This document shows positions 1 to 8,513 of a stretch of 40,059 nucleotides of DNA, in pieces; positions within the stretch are counted from its first letter, which is position 1, and each line of letters starts with the position of its first letter. This DNA comes from Planctomycetota bacterium (GTDB lineage Bacteria > Planctomycetota > Phycisphaerae > WQYP01): positions 1-40,059 of the forward strand of contig JAJZVR010000002.1 in NCBI GenBank assembly GCA_021847065.1. The letters are read 5' to 3'. The translations under genes were made by a program, and so were the position numbers. The notes below the pieces were generated by a model. The model did no database searches. It saw only the letters and a program-made list of their open reading frames with translations, and was not told the origin of the DNA.

Positions 1-326
1 TGATCCTCTCCGGCAGCACCCTGTATGGCACGACGGATGCGGGTGGTGCCTACGGTTATGGCACCTTGTTCTCAGTGCCCATCACCGGCGGCACACCAAC
101 CACCTTGTTATCCTTTAATACCGGAAGCTCCAGCGGGCCAACATATTACGGCGACCTGACACTGTCCGGCAATACCTTGTACGGCACGGGATACTACGGC
201 GGTGCTTACGGTGACGGCACGGTGTTCGCGGTCACAATTCCAGAGCCGGCGTCATCGGCGCTGCTGGCGGTTTCCGCGGCAGCAGGCCTGCTGCTCCTGC
301 GTCGTCGCCGTTGCACGAAAGCTTAG
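1..326 (+). CDS. C-terminal fragment of a GloVer (Gloeo_Verruco) tandem-repeat protein with a PEP-CTERM sorting signal; the 5' end lies outside the window
   Basis: Frame 3 is open from the window edge. It reads ILSGSTLYGTT...GTLFSVPITGGTPTTLLSFN, the same repeat as in the next two genes. It ends IPEPASSALLAVSAAAGLLLLRRRRCTKA, which is PEP, a TM helix and an Arg cluster. Confidence 0.85.
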   Translation, partial: ILSGSTLYGTTDAGGAYGYGTLFSVPITGGTPTTLLSFNTGSSSGPTYYGDLTLSGNTLYGTGYYGGAYGDGTVFAVTIPEPASSALLAVSAAAGLLLLRRRRCTKA

Positions 327-387
327 TTCTGCCCCTTTGGATTGTTCCAATTGGGTGGCTCAATGATATTGGCCATAAAGTGCCGCC

Positions 388-417
388 CCGGAGTATCCCG
401 CGATCGGGATACTCCGG
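388..417 (+). promoter_or_regulatory. Perfect 13-bp inverted repeat (ccggagtatcccg / cgggatactccgg, 4-nt loop) in the conserved intergenic spacer between GloVer paralogues
   Basis: Read directly from the sequence. It lies 62 nt after the upstream stop and 37 nt before the next ATG. No U-tract follows, so it could be a terminator, an operator or a stabiliser. The paralogous copy near 1788-1819 keeps only about 7 bp of the stem. Confidence 0.4.
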
Positions 418-453
418 CAGAAAGAGAACGCACTTTTATATAGGAATGTTGTT

Positions 454-1728
454 ATGATCAGAAAAACAAGTTGTGGCATCGGTGGCATTGGCATTGCCGC
501 AATCGGCTTTGTCGCTGTGGCCTCACCCGCTTTCGCCGGTGACACCCTCACCACCTTGGCGTCGTTCAATGGCACCAATGGGGCATACCCCGGTTCTAGC
601 CTGACCCTCTCCGGAGGCACCCTTTACGGCACGACGCAATTCGGTGGTGCCAACAATGGCGGAAAGGTGTTCGCGGTGCCCGTCACCGGGGGCACGCCGA
701 CTACGCTGGTGTCGTTCAGCGGCACCGACGGGTACGGCCCCGCTGGCGTGACCCTCTCCGGCGGCACCCTATACGGAACGACGGGCGATGGCGGCGGGGC
801 CGGAAGCTATGGCACGGTGTTCTCAGCGCCAGTTAACGGCGGCACGCCGACCACCTTGGTGTCGTTCAAAGGTGGCGATGGGAAATTCCCCGCCGCCGGC
901 GTAACCCTCGCCGGTAACACCTTGTACGGTACGACATCCGAAGGTGGCTGGGGCACAATATACACCGGTGGCACCAACATTTATGGCACGGTTTTCTCAC
1001 TGCCTATCAACGGTGGCACGCCGACTACCCTGGTGACGTTCAATGGCACCAACGGGGCAATACCTTACGTTGGCGTGACCCTCTCCGGCGGCACTCTGTA
1101 CGGAACGACATTCGCAGGAGGTTCCTATGGTGGTCCCTACGGTACTGGTTTCTTCCCCAACGGCGGCGGCACGGTATTTTCACTGCCCGCTGCTGGTGGC
1201 CCACCGACCACACTGGCGTCCTTCAATGGCATTAACGGGTCAGGCCCCGATGGTGGCCTGATCCTCTCCGGCAACACCCTTTACGGCACGACGGCCGGAG
1301 GTGGTGCCAACAGTGACGGCACAGTATTCTCATTGCCCGTCGCCGGCGGCACACCGACCATTCTGGCGACTTTCAATGGCATCAACGGGGCGGGCCCCGA
1401 CGCTGGCCTGATCCTCTCTGGGAGCACCCTGTATGGCACAACTTCCCAGGGTGGAGCCAACAACGATGGCACGGTGTTCTCAGTGCCCATTACCGGTGGC
1501 ACACCGACCACCTTGGTATCGTTCAATGGCACCAACGGGGCTGCCCCCGAGGGTGCCCTGACCCTCTCCGGAAGCACGCTGTACGGCACGACGAATGCTG
1601 GCGGTGCTAACAATGATGGAACCGTGTTTGAAATATCAACTCCGGAGCCAGCCTCATGGGCGCTGCTGGCAGTTTCGGCGGCAGCAGGCCTGCTGCTTCT
1701 GCGCCGTCGTCGTTGCACGAAGGTTTAG
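454..1728 (+). CDS. GloVer (Gloeo_Verruco) tandem-repeat protein, PEP-CTERM anchored, with a signal peptide
   Basis: 424 aa ORF. The N-terminal signal is MIRKTSCGIGGIGIAAIGFVAVASPAFA. About 8 repeats of ~45 aa follow (TLxSFNGTNG..P.a.LtLSGsTLYGTT..GGan..GTVFs.P..GGTPTTL). The C-terminus is TPEPASWALLAVSAAAGLLLLRRRRCTKV. Confidence 0.9.
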   Translation: MIRKTSCGIGGIGIAAIGFVAVASPAFAGDTLTTLASFNGTNGAYPGSSLTLSGGTLYGTTQFGGANNGGKVFAVPVTGGTPTTLVSFSGTDGYGPAGVTLSGGTLYGTTGDGGGAGSYGTVFSAPVNGGTPTTLVSFKGGDGKFPAAGVTLAGNTLYGTTSEGGWGTIYTGGTNIYGTVFSLPINGGTPTTLVTFNGTNGAIPYVGVTLSGGTLYGTTFAGGSYGGPYGTGFFPNGGGTVFSLPAAGGPPTTLASFNGINGSGPDGGLILSGNTLYGTTAGGGANSDGTVFSLPVAGGTPTILATFNGINGAGPDAGLILSGSTLYGTTSQGGANNDGTVFSVPITGGTPTTLVSFNGTNGAAPEGALTLSGSTLYGTTNAGGANNDGTVFEISTPEPASWALLAVSAAAGLLLLRRRRCTKV

Positions 1729-1855
1729 TTCTGCCCTTTTGGATTGTTCCAATTGGGTGGCTCAGCGATATTGGCCATAAATTTCCGCCGGAGAGTATTC
1801 CATGATCGGGATTCTCCGGCAGAAAGAGAACACACTCTTTTTAAGGAATGTTTTT

Positions 1856-2692
1856 ATGATCAGAAAAACAAGTTGTGGCATCGGTGGCATCAGCATTGCC
1901 GCAATCAGTCTGGCCGCTGTGGTCTCGCCCGCTTTTGCCAGTGACACACTGACGACGTTGGTGTCGTTCGATGGCAGCAACGGGAAATATCCCGACGCTG
2001 GTTTGAACCTCTCCGGCAGCACTTTGTACGGCACGACGACCGGTGGTGGGGCCAACGGTGATGGCACAGTGTTCTCAGTGCCCATTGCCGGTGGCACACC
2101 GACCACGCTGGCATCGTTCAATTCCACCAATGGGAGAACCCCCGACGGCAACCTGATCCTCGCCGGCAGCACACTGTACGGCACGACCCTCGCTGGGGGT
2201 ACGGGCGGCTATGGCACGGTGTTCTCAGTGCCCGTTACCGGTGGCGCTCCGACCGCGTTGGCGTCATTCAATTACACCGACGGCTGGCAACCCTACGATG
2301 GACTGACCCTCTCCGGAAACATTCTATACGGAACGACAAATGGCGGTGGTGCCCACTATGGTGGCACGGCGTTCTCAATGTCCGTTTCCGGTGGCACACC
2401 GACCACCCTGGTGTCGTTCATTGGTGCGAACGGGGCAGGCCCCGAAGCTGGCCTGACCCTCTCCGGTAGCACCCTGTACGGCACGACGGAATACGGTGGC
2501 AACCTGTCGCTCGCCGGTGGTTTCGGTGACGGCACGGTGTTCGCGGTCACTATTCCGGAGCCGGCGGCGCTGGCGATGATGGCCATTGCCGGTGCGGGAA
2601 TTTTGCTGGTGAAGCGGAAAAAGAAGTCAGGATTACACCAGTGGCCGATGAGACCCATGAGCCAAAACCGGGATGGCCAAGGGCCATGTTAA
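1856..2692 (+). CDS. GloVer tandem-repeat protein, PEP-CTERM anchored (paralogue of 454..1728)
   Basis: The track ORF starts at 1802, but the ATG at 1856 reproduces the paralogue's N-terminus (MIRKTSCGIGGISIAAISLAAVVSPAFA). The same repeat follows. The PEP-CTERM is IPEPAALAMMAIAGAGILLVKRKKK, followed by an unusual 20-aa tail. Confidence 0.85.
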   Translation: MIRKTSCGIGGISIAAISLAAVVSPAFASDTLTTLVSFDGSNGKYPDAGLNLSGSTLYGTTTGGGANGDGTVFSVPIAGGTPTTLASFNSTNGRTPDGNLILAGSTLYGTTLAGGTGGYGTVFSVPVTGGAPTALASFNYTDGWQPYDGLTLSGNILYGTTNGGGAHYGGTAFSMSVSGGTPTTLVSFIGANGAGPEAGLTLSGSTLYGTTEYGGNLSLAGGFGDGTVFAVTIPEPAALAMMAIAGAGILLVKRKKKSGLHQWPMRPMSQNRDGQGPC

Positions 2693-2713
2693 TACGAAGC
2701 TCTTTCCAGGAGA

Positions 2714-3588
2714 TTGCAGTTGACAAATCGTTCAACATTCGCACTTTTTTTAGCCAGCTGCGCCGGGCTTGCACTGATAGCCGCAACAAATTCAGCCCAC
2801 GCCGACAGCGTTACGTTCGGAACGCTTTATGGCAGCGGTACGGGCAGTACCGCGATCTCAGCATACCCTTATCTTAATGCCAGCGGAAGTTATACGTATA
2901 CTGCCGACGTTACCCAGGGTAGCAACGCGGCTGACTGGAAGATATTCAGCTATGGTAATGTTGGCAATTTAACCAGTTACAGCACCGGCAACGCCATCTG
3001 GGATAATGCCCCCACCGGTGGCTCGGAAACCATTTCCGATATTACCAGCCCGAGCGGCAACAACCTGCTGAACTGGCAGGCCGCCAGCAACAGCGCGACA
3101 GACCTGCTGGGCTTACAATATTCCAACGCGACAAGCGGTACACCACCTGTGGTAACTACCGGAAGCGGTGGCAGTTCCGATGAGTACGTCTACATTGACC
3201 CGAACGCCGGACCGGGCGCGAACAGCGCATCGGAACAATTTACGCAAGCCATCATTGCGCCCAATGAGACGCTGACGGTCTATTTTTATGATTATGTCGG
3301 CGCGGCGGCGGCACTATGGCCAGCGTATCGGTGACGCAATCCGCGTTGCAGCAAAATGGCGATCCCACTCATCTGGAGGGCATATTCACGCTTAACGTCA
3401 GCGGCAACCCCGGCGATATTGTAACAGTGACTCTGGCGAATCCGGCAATACCGGCGGCAAGCAATGCCAATATCGGATTATTCGCCGCGTCGGTGACCAC
3501 GTCCGTACCGGATTGTGCACCGCTGGCGCTGCTGGCGCTCGGAGGGTTGGGATTGTTGGTGCGTCGGCGGGCACTGGCTAACGTGTAA
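2714..3588 (+). pseudogene. PEP-CTERM secreted protein split by a frameshift, or affected by a sequencing error or recoding, at a GCG-repeat tract
   Basis: ORF 2714..3334 carries the signal peptide (FALFLASCAGLALIAATNSAHA) but has no C-terminal anchor. ORF 3316..3588, in another frame, has no signal peptide but ends in a PEP-CTERM-like anchor (VPDCAPLALLALGGLGLLVRRRALANV). The frames meet at gtcggcgcggcggcggcac (3296-3314). The likely start is TTG 2714 or 2720, after aggag at 2708-2712. Confidence 0.55.
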
Positions 3589-4421
3589 TATCCGGATTTC
3601 TTTTGCAAGTTCACCGGTTTTTGGAGAGTATGTATTATGGATATATTGGGGCGAACAATAAAGGACAACTATACTAATATATACATCTAAATGTTGTATT
3701 TGTTTTATCAGCAGTTTGTTGCAATGACACACGGATCTGTGACTAAGCGGCCATTTATATCGCGTCCACGTTCCTCAGAATACCGGAGCTTGTCCCGGCG
3801 CGGCGTGGATGGCTCACCCCCAATCCGTAAAATCCGTGAATTCCGTGGTCGCACTTCCAGGATCAGCCGATTTCTTTAATCCTTTTTGCCGCGAAAGCTC
3901 AAAGAAAGCGTTTTTCCTGCATTGCATCGTCATTTGCGGAGTGTTTATCTCATCCGATCAAAGGACAATTTGCCAACAACAACCAGCGCCATAACGATCT
4001 GTAACTATGGCATTTATAATCACTTACAGCGATAATACGACGCACGATATTGGCCGCCAAAAAGGTCGGAATCTTAGATTTGAAGAGCTGCAAATAACCT
4101 GCAAAGATTTGGTGGAGTCGTGATTTCCGCGCGCATAAATGCCAATAAAAGCAACGTTTTCGTGGGTCGCCGGCGCAAGTGTATACGTAGGAATACGTAT
4201 TGCGTCACTTTTATTATCAGCTACTGTTTACACTTGCCTGAAATGTTTTCAGGGATGGAGAGGTTTTATTGAGCAGGTTCGGAACTTTCTGGCGATTCTT
4301 GGCCTTGGGCGGATTGGTATTGCCGGTACGCCGGCGCAGAACCGCGTAGACGGGACAAAGCCGATGGCCCCGCATGCGCGGAATACGAATGCTTGACACT
4401 GTTTTACCGGGAGAACTTTTT

Positions 4422-6965
4422 ATGCCCGCCAAATCGAAAAATGAGAATCGTGCCCGTCCCGGCACGCCGGGATTATTGGCCATGTTCGTTGCCGCAGCGA
4501 TCATGACCCCGCCATCCGCGGGGCTTGGCTACGCCAACAACGTCGCGCGGAGTGGCAAAAACGGCGCGGATGGTAACCCCAGCCAAAACGGCGGCAGCGC
4601 TACGGCCACGGCCAACACCGTCACCGACGCAACCAATTCGGCCACCGCCGACGGCGGCCACGGAGGCAAGGGCGACGACGGCAACCTCGAAGGCACCACT
4701 GGCGGTGCCGGGGGCAACGGCGGATATGGTAAAGCCACAGCCACCAATGGAAACTCGGGATCCAATACCACCGCGGTTTATTCGATCTCAAACGCCTTTG
4801 GCGGCAACGGCGGGAGTACCGGCAGCCCGTTTAACGGCGCGGTGAATTCTCCCGCCCTTTTCGGAGGTTCCGGCGGCAGTGCCGGCTCTTATGCGATTGC
4901 CACAAATAACCTCGGCAGCGCCACATCAAGAGCGACCGCCGGCGGCACCACTGGCGGCAGCGGCGGCAGTGGCACTTATGGTGCCAGCGGCGGCCAGGGC
5001 GGCAACGCCATCGGCTCGGCCACCAGCCGTACCAGCCTGGACAATCAAAGCGTTGACGCCTCTGCCTACATCTATGGAGGCGCTGGAGGATCCGTCGGCG
5101 GTAACACCAACTCCGCCAGTGCCGCCGGTAATGGCGGCATGGCTACCGCAAGCGGTACCGGAACCGCGTTGGGCAATAGCCGGGTGAACGTGATTATTTC
5201 CGCCACTGGCGGTAATGGCGGCAACGTTGGCAGCGGGTCAGGTAACGGCGGCAGCGGTGGCCTGGCCTCATTGGGGACCGTTACGGGAAGTTCCAATGGC
5301 GGATATGTATACGTGACCGGAAGTGTTAGGGGAGGAGAAGGCGGTTACGTTCAAAGGAGCTCCGGCCGGCACTCCGGCGATGGCGGTAATGGGGCCAATG
5401 AAAACATAAAGAACGCCATCAGCGGATCCGGCGCTTATGTTTCCCTGACGCAGAATGTCATGGGCGGCGGCAGCGGAGCCGGCGGAACCACGGCCAGCGG
5501 AACCGCAGCCGGCGGAACGCCAGGTTCCGGCGGCAGCGCGGAAAGCGACCTCAACGTCAGCGGCGGTGAAACCATCGGGCTTGGTCTCGTGGCGTTTGCT
5601 CATGGCGGTGCCGGCGGTGGCCAGAACAACGCCACCGGCACCGCTGCCCCGGGCGCTCCGGCAACAGCCAACGCCACCGCCAACAATTCCGTGGGTCGGG
5701 CTCATGCCACCGCAAATGCTGAAGGTGGGGCCGGTGGTAATGGCTTCAACGGTGCCAATGGCGGCAATGGCGGAAACGCGATCGGCTCGGCCACCGGCGA
5801 CTCTTCGCTTGACGGTCAAAATGTTTCAGTCGCCGCCAACGTTTCCGGTGGGAGCGGCGGTTATGTGAGTAACAGCACCAGTTCCGGCAGTACCGCCGGT
5901 AACGGCGGAAACGCCACCGCCAACGGCAGTGGCACCGCATCGGGCAACAGCCGGGTGAGCGTCGGTAGTTACGCCACCGGCGGTACCGGTGGCAACGTTG
6001 ATAACGGCTTGGGCAACGCCGCTGGCGGCGGAAGCGCCATCGCCACGGCCGTAGGATCGAGTAACGGGGGGTATGCTTATGTGAACGCGCACGCCGCCGG
6101 CGGTTCCAGTGGTGGCGTCTGGCGTTCGCCATCATTGCTGGACGTTTTTGGCGCTGCGTTGGCTGACGCCACCGGGACCGGCAGTGGTGGCAGATGTGTT
6201 AGTCAGGCCACAGCCGGGGGTAACATGGTGACGGGGGTGACCGCCGGTGCCACGGCCCCGGTTTTTTACGGATTTACCACCTCCACCGAAGCGTTCGCCA
6301 ACTTTAGTTCGCCGATGCGGGCGGAATTAAACATGACCGGCAAACAAGCCGTGGCCTACGCCACCGTGATGCCGGGTAACTCGCTGGTGAAAGCGGTACT
6401 CGGCGGCAACCCCACGGTGAATCAGAACTTCGATGTCGGCGGCAAGAGCGACATGATCGGGCTGATGACGCTGGCGATGAGTTCCGTGGGTGCGAGCACA
6501 AATCCCTTTGATCAAAACTACGGCATGGAAACGGACTGGACGATCAACCTCGTACAGCTTGCCAACCCCCAACAGCATTTGCTGGTCGGCCTGCTCGGCG
6601 CCTCCTCGACCGGGGACGGCACGGTGACGTTTCAGATTGACCAAAATGGAACGGTTGTCGTGCGCCAGACGTTTCTAACTTTCAGTGCCGCAGACACTTA
6701 CTTTGCCAATCAGACCCTCGACCTCGGTGCGATAGGCATTGGCGTGCCGACCAACAATTTACTGAGTCTGAGCTTTACTTTGAGCGTGACCACCGGTCTG
6801 GATGGAGCGAGTTTTGATCCGAATATTGTTTTCGGCAACTCAACGCTGGGTTCCAACCCGCCCGTCCCCGAACCCGGTGCACTGGCGCTGCTGGCGTTCG
6901 CCGGTGCGGGAATGTTACTGCGGAAGCGGCGCGGCTGCGCCGGGAAAATGGGTCCGAAAAAGTAG
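4422..6965 (+). CDS. Large Gly/Asn/Ser/Ala/Thr-rich secreted repeat protein with a PEP-CTERM anchor
   Basis: The track ORF starts at 4374. The ATG at 4422 follows gggaga and opens MPAKSKNENRARPGTPGLLAMFVAAAIMTPPSAG. About 600 aa of GGxGG/GGNGG-type low-complexity sequence contains an internal ~107 aa duplication. A non-repetitive domain of about 250 aa follows. The protein ends PVPEPGALALLAFAGAGMLLRKRRG. Confidence 0.85.
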   Translation: MPAKSKNENRARPGTPGLLAMFVAAAIMTPPSAGLGYANNVARSGKNGADGNPSQNGGSATATANTVTDATNSATADGGHGGKGDDGNLEGTTGGAGGNGGYGKATATNGNSGSNTTAVYSISNAFGGNGGSTGSPFNGAVNSPALFGGSGGSAGSYAIATNNLGSATSRATAGGTTGGSGGSGTYGASGGQGGNAIGSATSRTSLDNQSVDASAYIYGGAGGSVGGNTNSASAAGNGGMATASGTGTALGNSRVNVIISATGGNGGNVGSGSGNGGSGGLASLGTVTGSSNGGYVYVTGSVRGGEGGYVQRSSGRHSGDGGNGANENIKNAISGSGAYVSLTQNVMGGGSGAGGTTASGTAAGGTPGSGGSAESDLNVSGGETIGLGLVAFAHGGAGGGQNNATGTAAPGAPATANATANNSVGRAHATANAEGGAGGNGFNGANGGNGGNAIGSATGDSSLDGQNVSVAANVSGGSGGYVSNSTSSGSTAGNGGNATANGSGTASGNSRVSVGSYATGGTGGNVDNGLGNAAGGGSAIATAVGSSNGGYAYVNAHAAGGSSGGVWRSPSLLDVFGAALADATGTGSGGRCVSQATAGGNMVTGVTAGATAPVFYGFTTSTEAFANFSSPMRAELNMTGKQAVAYATVMPGNSLVKAVLGGNPTVNQNFDVGGKSDMIGLMTLAMSSVGASTNPFDQNYGMETDWTINLVQLANPQQHLLVGLLGASSTGDGTVTFQIDQNGTVVVRQTFLTFSAADTYFANQTLDLGAIGIGVPTNNLLSLSFTLSVTTGLDGASFDPNIVFGNSTLGSNPPVPEPGALALLAFAGAGMLLRKRRGCAGKMGPKK

Positions 6966-7105
6966 AGAGCAGAGCGGACGAGGTTCCTGGTTGGAGTTTC
7001 AGGGTCAAGACAAGAAGGCGGTGACGATGTTGAGGAAAATGTTTTATCAGGCGTAGTCCGCTTATTTGTGGAAATTTTTAAGTGTCTTTTTAAGGAGAGT
7101 CTATC

Positions 7106-8089
7106 ATGATTACTAAAAATCTTTTAAGTGTTTTGGCCTCGGCCGGCGCGGTTGCCGCTCTGGCGGTGTGTACGCAAACGTCCCCGGGAGCAATCACGGG
7201 AGTTATCAGTTCGAATGTCGAAGGGTTCTTCGGTTCCACCAGCGACACCTACCAGCAGTCTGAACTGCCGCTTAGTCCGCCCTGGACTGCGGTTGGTTTC
7301 GCATTGCCATATAGCCCGGGGGGCTTGCCCAACATTCCGCCATTGTATGCTGGTTTTCCGAATCCGAATCCTCCGATTACTGTAAACATTCCCTTCACCG
7401 CACCGGTGGGCCATGCGCCGGCCAGTCCATTTACGGATGGCATCACCACTGCCGACTATCACATTTATGGCGGCTACGGCACCTCCGGTACTTACACGCG
7501 CAATGCCTACGCCCGGTTGGGCAACAGCACGTCAACGCTGATGTATTTGGACCAACCCACCACCGCCACCGGCTATGCCTACGAGGACGTGCAGTTCGCC
7601 ATTGATTACAGCGTGGACCTCAACGGGCTTACCGCCGGCGCGACCCTTAACAACCGGCCCTACCTGGTATTCGGCAATTTTCTGCCCGGCGGATCGGCGG
7701 AGTTCGGCGCGCAGGTTAATTACTGGTGGATTCCGACCAGCGTCAACACCGGGACGGGCGTGACTATCTATGGAACACCCGTCAATCTCGGATCCTTGCA
7801 GTATCAGAAGTATTTAGCAAGCGTGACCGGCCCATTTGTCTCGCTGGTGCCCGATACGTATAGCTCCAACTATCTCCTCGGAGTGGCTCCTGGCCAAAGC
7901 GGGATACTTGAGCTTACCGGCGGCATGTATCTCATTGGCGATCCGGTCAGTATTTCCGTGGAGGCGGTGCCCGAACCCGCTTCGCTGGCCGTGCTGGCAT
8001 TGGGTGCCTTGGGATTACTGCTGATTCGCCGCAAAGCGACAGGAGAAAAAGGAGTTGCATTGCCCGGAAAATCGGTGGATTTTTCTTGA
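7106..8089 (+). CDS. Secreted PEP-CTERM protein of unknown function
   Basis: 327 aa. The SD aaggag lies 8 nt upstream of the ATG. The signal peptide is LLSVLASAGAVAALAVCTQTSPGA. The C-terminus is VPEPASLAVLALGALGLLLIRRK. Confidence 0.85.
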   Translation: MITKNLLSVLASAGAVAALAVCTQTSPGAITGVISSNVEGFFGSTSDTYQQSELPLSPPWTAVGFALPYSPGGLPNIPPLYAGFPNPNPPITVNIPFTAPVGHAPASPFTDGITTADYHIYGGYGTSGTYTRNAYARLGNSTSTLMYLDQPTTATGYAYEDVQFAIDYSVDLNGLTAGATLNNRPYLVFGNFLPGGSAEFGAQVNYWWIPTSVNTGTGVTIYGTPVNLGSLQYQKYLASVTGPFVSLVPDTYSSNYLLGVAPGQSGILELTGGMYLIGDPVSISVEAVPEPASLAVLALGALGLLLIRRKATGEKGVALPGKSVDFS

Positions 8090-8513
8090 CTTTCTAAAGG
8101 AAACGATGTATATAGATGGTTAACCTTTCCGAGGGAGTTCAACACCGGCAAGGACTGTAACTTCTGAGGAATGTCGTGGCCGGTTGGGCCGCAGGATTGT
8201 CCAAAACGCAAATTCACGGATGATGGGTTGTAAGCATTAACGGGTTATTCGCCTGATCGCACGGATGTGATTATTTTTCGTATTGTGCGAAAAATAGGGT
8301 CTCGGCGCGCTGGAACGGCCAACTGCTCTGCTGCCCATCCGATCGACGTTTTTTTGCCAAGGGCGTAAAAATAGCGCCTGAACGCGGAAATAGAATCGTT
8401 GATGCGTTCCGATGGAATCGGGATGCTCTGGCTTTGAGTGATTCGGAGTCCCTGTACGCAGTGCGCGGAGCAGGAAGTCCGGAGTTAGAGATTAGTTCTT
8501 TAAGGAGAATATT

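Noticed and set aside
26-40. Sigma54-like matches (TGGCACGacggATGC and similar) recurring in the GloVer genes
   Set aside because: They arise from the codons for the repeated Y-G-T-T peptide, lie inside coding sequence and lack the TTGC -12 element. They are not promoters.
4473-6644. Numerous long ORFs on the minus strand and in alternative frames inside the glycine-rich gene (for example 5268..5819, 5746..6135, 5455..5868, 4525..4845)
   Set aside because: They lie entirely within or antisense to the GGN/GCC-rich repeats of the 4422..6965 gene. Their translations are Pro/Arg/Ala low-complexity sequences. They have no start context and no independent features, as expected for GC-rich repeat DNA.
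327-8513. Sigma54 promoters upstream of the PEP-CTERM genes, expected from PrsR-type regulation
   Set aside because: I checked the spacers by eye. Candidate GG/GC pairs (for example tggccataaagtgc near 371, tggaatcgggatgc near 8413) have the wrong spacing by 1-2 nt, so no call is made.
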